NCBI GenBank assembly: GCA_963924565.1
Contig: OZ004610.1
Location: forward strand, 16,492,001-16,556,000
Source of the DNA: Ascidiella aspersa
Lineage: Eukaryota
DNA length: 64,000 bases
Direction of reading: 5' to 3'
The notes below the pieces were generated by a model. It made no database searches. It was not told the DNA's origin and was given only the letters and a program-made list of their open reading frames with translations. The first letter of the stretch is position 1. Every line of letters starts with the position of its first letter. Below, one piece after another: positions 14,901-27,580 of this stretch. The position numbers and the translations under genes are program-made.

Positions 14901-17900
14901 GGCCTCGTGACGGCAAAGTGGTTTGGGGTTGGTTGACTGAACTTTACACAGTGAAATGAATCAAGCCCGTTGTTACTATTTTTGACAATTCATATCTGCG
15001 TCTACTTCTGTGTGTGTTCAGTACTGTTGTTGGTAAAACGTGCGTAAACACCTGACGGTAGCCGTCAAAACAAGAGGCGTGATGAAACATGGGATTTCGT
15101 TTGTGTGAAAACCGGGGTATTACCTGATTCTGTTTACCACCTGGATTGGGTGAACAAGAAAGGTTTATCACCTTTACAACCCCAGGCTGGCGTAACCTGG
15201 GTATCGGGTCGTGTGTTTTTCCCTTGGTCATTGTCATTTAGTTTCGCAAGTCGTGTTTCGAATCGTTTTTATAGTTATTTGTCGTAACGTGCGTGAGGTC
15301 GCGTACAGCATAAAACCACAGAACAACTCTAGGTGACGTAATGACAAGACCCGAGCCGACGCTTTGTCCCGCTGTTGCAAGTGCGAGCAAATATTGTACC
15401 ACTTTTCACTGGCCTATAGCAAGCCTCTTAACGTTTGCGCAAATACGCTTAGCAGCTGGCCTTTCGATGGCTTACCTGGGAAGGCTTAGTTTTTGGTTCA
15501 CGTTACGCAACGGGCTATCAATCGTACCTGGAGGCGGTCGTGAATTGGCTTTTACACTGATTAATTATTTTCGGTGGATGGGAAGATCACCGTTACGTAA
15601 CAATAATCCCAGCCTTACTTGTTTAGACCAACGCAATAAACCTGTCCATGAAATATGCTTATTTTGATCCCTTTAACGCTGAAAGACTTTCGCTTTATTC
15701 GTTACGGCCTTCTAAGATAAAAAAAATAGAAGGTACGTGGCTACACTTTCCGTTTAGGAGTTGGCCATTTGCCATTTGCCATTATTTAGACTGTGGTCTA
15801 TTATAATCCAGTTACGGCCAAATAGGAAGCAAGCTTGAAACCTGTTGGCTCGCCCTGGCTATCGTGCGCAGCGATGCGATCCGTCTGCGCGGAATTGATA
15901 GCGCCTAAATTGCGCCAGAGCTTACGACTCGTGCGTAGACTCTGTTTGCAAACAAGACCAGGCTTTCCCGTGGTGCAATCCTTTTTGCAGACCTTGGACC
16001 AATCGCTTTGCAGCAATTGGCTCGAGTTCAACCACACTGCGCGTTCGGCCTATTTGTTGGTCAAACTTACGTAACATGTTTTGATTGCGCTATTTTCTGT
16101 TTAAGTCAATCTGTTATTCGAACTCGTGTTTAAAAAAAAACATGTGTGTCAGAAATGTTGTTCGACTTAATATAAATGTTTGTAAGGTAACAAGCAGCTC
16201 AAAAAAGGTGTGCTTTGGCGTTGCCTTTTTACTAATTCAAGGCTCAATCGCCAAACTTACGAACACCAGTACAAGCTTGGGCCTGTCCGGGTAAGCCAAT
16301 GCAATGATACGACACACCATCGTTTTCGCATCTTTTGGCAGCAATAGTCCCGGAAAGAGATATTTTATTTGAAAAACAGAGGCATCTGGCAAGACGTGCC
16401 CGAACCTGCCCACTGGCGCCACGTTAATCGTCAGTGAGCGTGGCAACCGTTTCCTGGGCTCATATGGCGAAACGTCAACAAGCTGGCCGAGTAGCCAAGT
16501 GACTGCATGTCGCAGGCGGTGGCAATCACATTGTAATAAACCACTCGTCACTCACATTAACGGCGTCTGGTACCAGGCGCCGAACACGAAACTATCTCTC
16601 TTTATTGCCCCTAAAACAGCGCTTATACGAAGTACTGTTGTCGTATCGGAATGAAACGCTTGGGAGTTTTTTTATCAGTTTGTTACCAAACCGATGTGCG
16701 CTCAGCCCTGCAGATGGTGCTTGACGCCTATCAAGTGCTTATTGGTTTCCCTTTGCGAGGTTGTTCAGCTGGTTAAGCCCCATTAAACGAAATGGCCTCG
16801 GGTGCAAATCAAGGTATTAACTGGCCAATTGATTTGAACTGCTAAAAACATCGAGTCGCCAACAACATTATTATGTGCAACTTGAGTTGGTACTTTTTCC
16901 TCGAACTAATCGAAGGCCAGGTTTAGCTTGCGGCGGTCCTGCTGTGACGTCAAACGGCGAAGAGAAAAAAGGAGGGAGTCTCTGTGACGACACGAGCAAG
17001 CAAATTCAAAACAAACACGAAACAGCTGATCTCTCGCCTAAGCCGAAAGCGGCATTGGAGAGAGAGGGCGGCAGAGAAGCTGTGTAACTGCTCAACTGTG
17101 CGTGCAAATCACGTCCCTGCAGCATTTCGTGACGGCAATAGATTTTCTCGCCACTCACTTTCCAGAACACCCTTCTAAAATGCACCGTCCAGTAAAAAGA
17201 TATAGTTACATAAAAAATGGAGCAAACCAATCTGGCTGCAGCAGCAAAGTACTATGTCTGCTGCGCCTAGAGAACCCATTTAATTCGTTAAAGTGCAACG
17301 AATCGTGACCGTGACGCCCATCAACAGTTCCATTGCGACAGGGCGTGAAAGCTTTTCCAGCTAAAACCAACTCGGGGTTATCCATGGTTTAACCTTGCAC
17401 GAGGGAGCGGTAGTTTAAAGGACCAGACGGTGGGACTAATAACTCGCCACTGTCACAGACACCCTATCCAAAGATTGATGGCCTAGCTGAGGTTAACCTT
17501 ACGAAGTGGTGGACTGTTTTTTTCGATGTTTATTGTGCAGTCTCTCTTACTGAGTCTCGGGTTGTTGGTTATTGGTTAAATAATCTTAGAATTCAATAGG
17601 CTTGCCAAAAAAGTGATTTGTTTTGTTCATTGGTGGCAAGAAAATCCATTGCATTGACCGTCATCGCATTGTTTAACGTTAAATATAATGACATTATATT
17701 TTGCTAAAGAAGTAAAATTAGCATTTTTTATCATAACAAAACTGTCGGAAACTTGCTAATCATATGCATATTTGCAAATGCATTGCCAAATTTCTGGATG
17801 CAGCTAAAGAACTAACTTCCTCATATACCGATACTATCAACCATTCCCGGTACTGTAATTTCATGACGATATTTCCGCATCCGTTTCTGACGTCACTCAA

Positions 17901-20900
17901 TCATTGTGATGTATGCACATATAAACAATAGCAACGGTCGCTCTTTTGCGATGCCCCTCTATTTTCTTTTATCGAGAATGTTTATAGTATAATCCGATTT
18001 GCTTGTCTGTTTGTTGTCGCTATATTTACGGGCTTTAACATAACACGTATTCGCAGCGCCAGTATTACTGACAGTGCGCGTTTGTTATGATTTAGCGTTG
18101 GTCGAGAGTTATCGCGTCATGGAAACTTATGGCCGAGAGCTTTACCGCAACACTTTATGGTAGGCTGCACAGCAGCAATACAGAGCAACCATCCTCGCAA
18201 ATAGCTCATCGATGATGTAAATATTGGGCGGCAATTTCGTACTGGAAGTCGTATTGCGTTCAAAATGTTTCTTTGCAATAAAATTCAAAATTTACCTTTT
18301 TTTAAAGACAAGGTTAACAAGTCAGCGTTGTGTCGCCAATGAGTCACCATCGTGGCAAAGGGTTTGATTAAGGGCCCTTTTGTTCGCAGCCTTTCCCTCG
18401 ACTCGTGGGAAACCATTCCCTATGAGACTTTCAAGACAAACAAATGCCGGACAGAAGGACCGCTGAGCACGCGATGCTTTTTGTCAATTCGATTGCTGAA
18501 TGAAACGATTAATTGCTCGCAAGTCCTTCAAGTAGAGAGCTTAAATTCTTGACTAATTTGGCCTCTTATCCTGTTGGTTGAATACACCATCCCAGCTGAC
18601 GTGTAATTGGTCTTTCTACCAAAGTTCAGGCACTTGATTGTTTCAATTCCACATTAGTAGGATAACTGGATGTGTTGCAAGGCCACACCGTGAGTCACAA
18701 AAGTGCCACTCACTAAGTTTTAAAAGAGAAAGAAAAGAGGTGTCACTGATAATATTGCACTCTACGACGAGAATAAACTTGAACGACTGGTTTTAACCTC
18801 AAGACGAAATATTGCTTTATGGTTTATCACAATGGCGTTTGCGAAATTACACTTTTGGAAAGTTTTAGTACGCCGAAATACACTACTTATTCCTTAGCCG
18901 CTAGACTTGGGCTTTTGCGCAACGATTGAACCACGATAACGAGAAAGGAAAACCAGCTCTTCAACGTGGCTTTAAGTCAGTCTCATTTGCAGTAAAATAT
19001 AATAGAACCTATACAGCTACCACCTGTTCATTTTCGATTCACAAAGGTCAGCCTAAAACAGTGATTAAAGACAGGATCTGACGCACCGTACTAAGATGGT
19101 TAATGTTTTTTTTTCCTTTAAGCGGGTTCAGATCAACACATGTCAACCTTTCTTGAACTCTAGTGGTAGACTAATTTTACGCGCCATTGCTTCAATTATT
19201 ATCAGTGATGCAATCAAACTCTTGGTCGACCGGTTTAGATTATCATCCATCAGTGCTATCTTGGTGGCCCATTTTAATTTTCACATGGATATCATACTTT
19301 ATATCTCTAATGTCTTCATCATCAAAAGACCGCAAGGCCTATCACTACGACGTCTGTTAGCCTCTATATCCACCATTCTGACTTCGTTGGGCGCATTGGA
19401 GATAACTGCAAGTGATTTTCGCTGGTGACATTTTGTTCGGTTAGCTTTTGCACCCTGGTCGCACAACCCTAATGCGTTGATTTACTAGATCGTTGGCAGC
19501 GTATTGCTTTGTTTTTGCACTTTTTATCGTGTCTAATGGGTTTGGTTTTGTTCTCCCGTTTTTTACTAATCAAAACAAAACATATATAAGCTGCTTATAC
19601 CTCGTTGCCTATGCTGTGTCGTGGCGCTAAATCGGATCGGATGTTTTTGTTTTGTTTTTTGACGTCTGAGAAATTTACCTGCCATCGGACTACCGGCAAA
19701 ACGTACGCGGTCTTTTCACCCCTCAAAATCACCATGGTGAGTTAGGGCAGCGAACAGTGTGAACCCTTGAAGAAGTAGTAAACACATTGTGTATTGATGC
19801 CCTGTCTTATTAACGTAAACATGGCCGTTGTCGTTTTCACGATTTCACTGAAAACTTAAACACGATCTTTCAAAATTCCGTCATAACACTCACATGATGA
19901 CTTATGATTTGTTATCAAGTTATAAAAACAATCCCTGCCCCACAAGATCCTGATCATGTTACTGCACTGATTTGTTTTATTGAGTAAGTTACACAAGTGT
20001 ATCGATATCATTTAAATGTGGCGTACGACGATTTTCAGCTTCTATGTCATCATATACCCTCACTCGATTACTATTGGTCACTCGCCAAGTTTTTTGCTGA
20101 TGTACAGCTGTTTCTTTCCACTTGTACTCTTAAATTTTTCATGCAGCGAATAGTTTTAAGTTGTTTCGTTTCCAGAGTTTCTTTGTTCTTAAGGTGGTTT
20201 TGAAAAAGAGTTTGGAAAATAGGCCAGTGGTATAAAGCTTTTTTGTTGGGGGAGATTCGTTGATTTTCTTGTTTTTATTAAATTATGAACTATCATTATG
20301 TTAAGCCTTTCAGTATCAAAAGCCCAAATGTTAAAAACATTCAAGCCGCGACTTGCATTATCAGTGTTGTACATTTGGCAATTAATGATTATATGTTTGT
20401 TAGCTAATTCCCACCCTTGTTGATTTCCTGAAAGGTGGCTGCTTTGCCTTGTCCCCAACTCCTAATTACAGTACTGTTTTATATCTCTTTTCGGAAAGAA
20501 GGCAATCTAAGCTACTACGCTGTCTCTCGAGCATCCTCTCTCCTCGAGCCCCCTTTTTGCAGTTAACTTGCATTCGCGCTTTCGTGAATATTTAATGAGC
20601 GCAATGTCCAGCGGTTCGCCTGCGTTTGGAGCTGCATAATTAATGACGACCAAACACAATTTACATGTGGCGTCGTCGTAAGTTCCAATGCAATTGTCAG
20701 AAAGCATAAACCACACAACGCCCCTCCGAAGTAATGGGCAGCCTGTACCCCCTCCTAGCAGAGGCCAGCATGTCGCTACCACCGCGAATAATCGATGTAA
20801 CGTCGCATATCAACGCCTGCTGTTGTCCCTGTCCAGTCCGCTGCTTTTGACAAAATTTAAACCGATTTTTGCGGTCGTGGTGGGCCGCTGGACTTAATAA

Positions 20901-22517
20901 GGTCGGTAATGGTTTATAAATTAGTCCGGGTGCATCTTATTTGCAACCTGTCACTTTCCAATAAAACCGTAAAAAAGCAAACTCTGTTCATTTAAGAATA
21001 GCAGACAGTTTGATAATTTTACCAACTTGGATAATAGGAAATATATCCACCGCAAATCCGAAAATGCGGTATTTCTCCGCTTGCCCGTTTTCGATAAGGT
21101 CAATCTGCCTGACATATATATCCGTGTCCATGGTCCGCAGCGTGTTGCCATTACTCTCTTTCTTAAAATGAACTTGTCGACCCCACGGCTGATCTACTGC
21201 TGTCCATGAAAAGGCGCCCCTCAGGTTTTTCGACACGAAATTGGCCGAGCGCCCGTGTTTCGCTTTAACCACAGGCAAGGTCGAACTTCGTGACCCGAAT
21301 TTCCGCAAGCGTGTATAAATATACGTATGTGGTTAAGCTGAAACTTGTTGCCAAAAAATGGGATGGTACCCTCCACACCCTCAAGCACTTCTGCCCATAA
21401 GTTCTATTCATTGCCGCTGAGAAGAAATTAGGGTTTGTGTTATTGGGAAAAAATGGGGCAAGGAGTGTATAAACCTGGACCAACAGATTTTGAAAACGGT
21501 AAACGTACAAGTCGGAGACACATTCCAATTTAAAATGTTTAACAAACAACAGCGCCATATGCTTGTCATCCACACTTTGAACTCGTCGCTCTGCGTTGGC
21601 CTGTGGGCGCGCTTCGATAAACAAGATTTATTACAGGATCGCGGTTTGTGTGGGCTGTACCATTTAGCTTGCGACAAGATACGGCTAGTCCTTCTACCAA
21701 AGTCAGGGTTAAATTTACATCGCGGTTCGTGTCACGTGCTCGTCCAATATGTAACGTGTATTAAATTTAGTTGGAGTGACGGCAAGTTGTTAAACAAATG
21801 GTTAATCTGGTTTTATGGCCAACTTTAAGTTGTCTTTGGCAAGACTCGTAATTTCAGGAAGCCCTTATTTACGTTTATAACGCCTAGCAGTGAATTATAG
21901 TAAAGGACAGAGACGACGTAATTATAGTGCCCATTAGATGTTTGTGTTATAAAATCAAAGCACAACCATCGCTATCCACCATAGTCAGCAAAGGTTGGCT
22001 TCGGTGTTTTTAAATCCAGCTATCGTACTGTCCCGGATTTAATCAATATTCCCGTCCCCGCAACAGCCCTTGGTTTCCTACCCGGGTCGAAGCGAGTTTT
22101 CCTGTCCGATTCTCATAGCGAAGTCGCCGACAGGTCGCTCAATTTACATCCATTAGATGCCGAGCGAAAAGCCAGGCGAGGTAAGAGCGGAAATGGCCAG
22201 TTTACATTGCCAGCATCTGGGCACGAGTTTTCACTCTCCTCGTCAGTGAAGCGATTGTGACAAACGAAATGCGCCCGCTGTGTTCGTAACCAACCGCGCG
22301 TGGACAATAGCGATTACAATGCGCTCGTTGGCTCATGCAATATATGCGTCATGGTATGGCGAATAAACGTCAACATATAGGCTAAGCGAACACATGCTTG
22401 ACGGTTTATTTAATATAGTACTAGGCTACCGTTAACATTATAACTCATTTTTTAATCGAGCATTTTGGATGCCTTTTATACGTTTTTAATCATTTTCTTG
22501 CCATTTTATCTTTGTAG

Positions 22518-22688
22518 GAGGAGATGAATATCGACCTTAATCAATTCACGCTCGGATGTGGTATCGGTTTGGCCGACCCTTGCCGAAAACAATCTCACTT
22601 CGAGTTCTTTGATTCCAACACGGACGAAGTTCGAATGCTCATCGAGAGTTCCGACAACTCGTGGCTTACCGACGACCTCATGCGGTAG
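22518..22688 (+). CDS. SoxC: SoxC coding exon 2, C-terminal transactivation domain
   Basis: Acceptor ttttatctttgtag|, phase 0. Translates EEMNIDLNQFTLGCGIGLADPCRKQSHFEFFDSNTDEVRMLIESSDNSWLTDDLMR*. SHFEF-D--T-EV--LI----WL matches the SoxC TAD (vertebrate [23 protein letters not shown]). Joined protein 564 aa. Confidence 0.88.
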   Translation, partial: EEMNIDLNQFTLGCGIGLADPCRKQSHFEFFDSNTDEVRMLIESSDNSWLTDDLMR

Positions 22689-23950
22689 AAATGTGATGCA
22701 TCCCAAACTGGATCGCATCTTTCGCAATGCCATTCCAATTTCGCCGCGAACAACATGTGATTCCAAGCTCTAAATGTCGAAAGGTTGATTTTTCAAGTGC
22801 AATTACACCCGTTTCTCGGAATTACAATATTTGGAGGTTGGTCGACGATTTTCACCTCTGGTTATGTCCAACGTTTGTATGTAAAATAATGTGTGTGCTG
22901 TTCTTTTCAAAATCTACAGTAAATAGTTTCCTTGTATCGTGTACTTTAAAGTCAGAGGTAGGATCGACGTCACGAGCTAAATTTATTAGCTTACTTATTT
23001 GCCCGTGTACTAAAACAGCACGAAATATACGTCGATGGCTTTTGATGTTTGATAGCCACGTGTCTTAACCCTTTTTGTCCGGTACATCTGTTTACCTTTC
23101 GCCTTATATCCCACCTGTACCTCACTTTTACCTTTTTCGCGCCCATTGTTTTCACATCCTTCCGCAAAATGTTACCCACAAGCGTCCCTCGTTTCGTCAT
23201 ATACTTTCCCTACTTTAACAACGAAAAAACACGTATTATACAGGGTTTTCTGTTGTCGGAAAACGTAAAGTAATAAAGACTTTGTTGAATCAAAAAAATG
23301 CTGTACAGTGTACTGTACATACCCTAATGCTGTGCCCTCTTGCTCTACTGTACGACCCCTGTAATATCTCGACTGGTTTAGATGTGTGTACGCATGTTTA
23401 TAACCCGTGTATTTACGCTGTCATTACGTGCTGGAGATATTTTGCATTTAAGCCGCAATTAGTACAATGCAATATAGCACGGAACAAAGATTTCTTATCA
23501 TAGCTAATATTTTTCTTAGGGACTGAACCCGGCGTATTTAAACCTCTACCGTTTATGCAACGTATAATTTCAATTTTTTTTAATTTTCTGCTGCTTTTTA
23601 ACCGCTAAAAATACAATATCGTTTGAACTCTAGGGCAACATCCAAAATGCACAAAATGCTGTCGTTGTCGGCCTTATTCACGCCGATTTCTCTTTTTATA
23701 TGAAAACTACATACGTTTCGCAATGCCTGCCTGTTTTACACGGTCACTTCTCTTTGCGCTTTTTTGTAAATATAGTTCTATTCGCTCGATCTCTGCTGGT
23801 TGGAGTCGTGACCGCCTCGCTTTACTTTCTTTCTCTTTATTTTTTTTACATTTTTGCTTATTTTATTTCTCCCTCTTGTTGTTTATTTCACCAGCAATGG
23901 CGCATCGTACATTATCGTGGCGTGTCATTGCGACAAAAGAATTGAATAAA
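22689..23950 (+). other. Putative SoxC 3' UTR with poly(A) signals
   Basis: U-rich sequence after the stop; AATAAA at ~23272 and ~23945. Confidence 0.45.
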
Positions 23951-24583
23951 AAACACTTGTAAAAAAATACAACATTGACATAACTGCATATTTAGTTTAC
24001 TGACCTTAGTGTGATAGGCTAATAATTAAAATCAATAATTACATTATGGTATAGCTTGTTTAGTGTTTTGTCTTTAGTCTGTCATGATGCTCGCCATACA
24101 AAGAAACTCAACGAGAGGAGGGAAACACTTTATGGCAAATCGCTAGAATGGGGATTTTCTCTTGTTAGGTTGTGTGACGTTTAGCCAAAATGTAATGCTT
24201 AGCTAATTGTAGTACGCTATATTTTTGATTTATAGCACTTTCGTACCACAGAAAACTTACGTCATTCGTTCATTTTTGTATAAAAAGCGGGAAATAGCCT
24301 ACTTTATATCACCTGGTTAACGCTGAAAATCAAACGTTTGTTATTCCCCTTCTTAGGCTAAGGTTAGAAAAGACTGAATCTCCTATTAGGCCCATTACAC
24401 TCGGGCAGTTTTGTCCATGGTCAATTTTCGTACGTATAGACGTAATATTTAAAAATATTGTTAGTTCTGCACGATGTTTTTAACATAAAAACGCTTGTTT
24501 TTATACTTGGTAATAACTGAGTAATGCGGAATATATAACTGAGTAATGCGGAAAACAACGCTTTCTGCCTATAGTCCCTGGAC

Positions 24584-25905
24584 CAGCGTTTCTCAAACAA
24601 TGTGTCTCGAAAAAATCTTATGCTTATGCAAAGTGAAGCGCGGCGAATTTACTGTTGAATAAAATTGAAATTTTTGTTTTGTTAGTTTGTTAAGTTAAAA
24701 TTCATAACTAAAACTTCCTAAAGGCAATTATTTTGGTGCACTGGTGTAGCAACAGTTTTCTGGAATTGTGTATAATTTACGCGCTTGTGTTACTTTGTTC
24801 CATTATTGATTGAATTATTTCTATTCGTATCTGACACAAAATGGGATTGCAATATAAATTCTGATTTCATTTTATTCAAATTGGGGTCGCTTGTTAAAAA
24901 AGGTTAAATACCACTTCTCTAGGGTGCCATTTTTAACGCTCGAGGGTGCCGAGTTCATTTTTTGCTCAATTGTTAAGCTTCTTAATACAATTTTTTGTGT
25001 ACGATAAAAGTGTCAAAAATTAAAAAGTTTTTTCAACCTTGTTGCACAGTTAATGTGCTGTTACAATCTCGTTTATTGTAACGTTGCAGTTAATCACTCA
25101 GCAAAAATACGAGCAAGGGTGTCAAGAACTGTTTATAATTTCTGTAGCGTGCCGCAAGTCAAAAAAAGGTTGCGAAACACTGGAATCAAAGAAATATAAG
25201 GGACCAACGAACAACAAGCATGTTCCAATTGTTTGGTTATGACTACAATTTTCCGACTACACCATTAAATAAAGCAGTTTACTATCGCTCATCAGTTCGG
25301 ATCTAGGGGGTGGCAAGGAAGACTAAATTTTGGTATGTGTTAGACCGGTTTGAAAGTCGCAGTACGTCTTATATTATGTAACTTTTTAAAATGGCTGTTT
25401 TGCGAAACTAAGTTATATTTGCGCTTTGTTTTCCGTATTTTTAATATGAACATAACATGAAAAATACAACCCTATATAAATGACACTTTTTTCAACTTTA
25501 AAGTAAATGAACAATAAAATATATCGCGCTTCTGGAAGGTATTTTACAGATTTTCGCTGTGACTAAAGCTAACGTCCTGACCCTTTCCATGATGCAATTT
25601 TAGCAAAATTTATTTAGTTAAAAAACATTCCACGCTTATACAATGCAGTCATCTAAATTAAAAGTTTTGTCAAATACGCAATTTTTTCGCGCTTCGCGCG
25701 CACGATTTTGCCACTCTCATTATCACCTGATCTTATTTGCGCACAATGCGACGAGAGCAGCAAGTTTGTGGAGCTTATATAAGTCTTTTGACGTTAAACG
25801 AAAAATCATTGATCCGCTCCAGGCACGCATGTAGCACTTTATGTGGCCCGCAAGAGTATGTAAGAAATAGTGTGGCCCGCGATGCTGTCGAGCTTGGACC
25901 ACCTT
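24584..25905. mobile_element. Cluster of degenerate non-autonomous DNA transposons (hAT-type MITE ends)
   Basis: cagcgtttctcaaac at 24584 is inverted relative to ggttgcgaaacactg at ~25168-25182. cggatctaggggg at ~25298. tgtggcccgc subterminal repeats and an agcttggaccaccttg end at ~25842-25905 resemble the hAT ends at 41000 and 43380. Confidence 0.5.
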
Positions 25906-26586
25906 GTTTCAAACCATGCAGCTGTTAAAGGTAATGGCTAACAACTTGTTTGCGAAAACATCTCGATATATATGATCAATACGCCACGTCTCCTCTTAAA
26001 AATTGTCTGGTAATTTAAACCTAATAAACGCAAAATTCCGCCTTCTCCTGTAACAATTCAAACGAGAACAACAAGTTTCTTAAGGTTACTTTTATGACCT
26101 AAATTTGAGATGTCATCTCTAAAAATTTTATACCCCAAACAAAAATGCTGAATCCGCCCCTTACCAGAAAAGGCTTAGATGACGAGATTGGCCAAGTTTG
26201 ATATAGAGGGTTGAAACCATTGCTTAAAACATTTGATTTTTGTAGTGATTTTGAAGTCAAACAAGTGTTTTGTTCGTAGTTAGACAATCTTGCTGTTTAA
26301 AATACCTGAAAAAACTTGCATGCAGGTTGTGATTCAGGGCGATTAGCACACATAATGCCCGAGAATAAAGTCTTTGCCTATGCGGTCTAATAACCCAAAA
26401 ATAAAGTGTTGTGTTTTTTCAGTCGAACAAAAACTCGCCCCTTAATAATAAGGTATTGAGAATTACTGGCCTAAACTCTCTAGGCTAGGAGTGGACAAAC
26501 CGAAGCTTGCGAGACGCACGAAGCTATTTACACAGTTTTAATTAAGCGGCTATCACGTCCAGGTTGTGTTTGCGTTGACCTAACAC

Positions 26587-26979
26587 CTGCGTTGTAATGA
26601 CTTGACTTAAGTACAGATAAGTCACTGTTTTTAAATGACTTGACTGAAGTATTTTAAACAAAATGACTTGACTTCGGTATTTTGAACAAAATGACTTGAC
26701 TTAAGTCTTTTGTACACATGACTTGGGTTGAAATTAAGTGTTTTCGCTAAGCATTTTTCATTATAATAAAAACCAGGTTATTTATCTTAAGATCTGTACA
26801 TAAAACAAATTCCTTGCTATACGTTGCATTTTTTTGTTGAGTTATGTTGCTCATAATCGGACGAGTTTATCTGTTTTAATTGTTTAAACTTAAGCTTTAG
26901 TCTTTTGACAAGGACTTGCTCTAATCATGACTTGACTTGTTATTTAAACTCATTTCAAAATGATTTGCTTACAACACTG
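26587..26979. mobile_element. hAT-like MITE with atgacttgac subterminal repeats
   Basis: Imperfect TIRs ctgcgttgtaa / ttacaacactg. About 6 copies of atgacttgac(tt). Imperfect 8-bp flanks cctaacac / ccttaccc (6/8). Confidence 0.55.
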
Positions 26980-27580
26980 CCTTACCCTGAGGTCATCTTT
27001 AAGAATCTACCTACATGCCATTTGCTGATCACTTATTCTATGCAGTAAAAACTTTGCGTAAAAGTTAGCCTGTACAAAGCAAACGGCAATGCTACCGTAT
27101 TTTCAAACAAGTACTATGGTGTTGCTTAATGCACGAAACTGTGGTGTAATCTGTAGTGAAGGTGGTTGTCCTAAATGGCTATGGCAGAAAACATCTCCTG
27201 AAGCCTTGAAGTATAAGCTTGATCCGTTGATTTGTAGTGAAGTTATGCCTGGACTAAAAGCTAAAACAACGACTGCAGAAAATTACTTTCTGTAATCATA
27301 CAAAGTGAAACAACAAGTTAACTAAAAGTAGAAACGAAAACAAAAACTATTATCTTCTAATAACGCACGTAAAATTTTTAAACGTATACAATTTGCAAAA
27401 TTTAAACAATAGTATTACACGACGGTAGTGCCCACAAGATAAAAACACCACACACTATCTTGAGAAACTGTAGGGAAACATTGCTGAAAAAATAACAATT
27501 GAGAGTGTGATGGTTAATTAACATTAGAAAGTTGAAGGAACAATACGAAAAAAAATCATACACAAGGCACGACTCAGCTG

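Noticed and set aside
22558-22773. ORF-track 71-aa plus-strand ORF and 86-aa antisense ORF
   Set aside because: Wrong frame or strand; the SoxC TAD is in a different frame at 22518-22688.
26590-26720. Regularly spaced atgacttgac repeats resembling a CRISPR array
   Set aside because: Spacers are similar to each other, the context is eukaryotic and there are no cas genes; these are subterminal repeats of a MITE.
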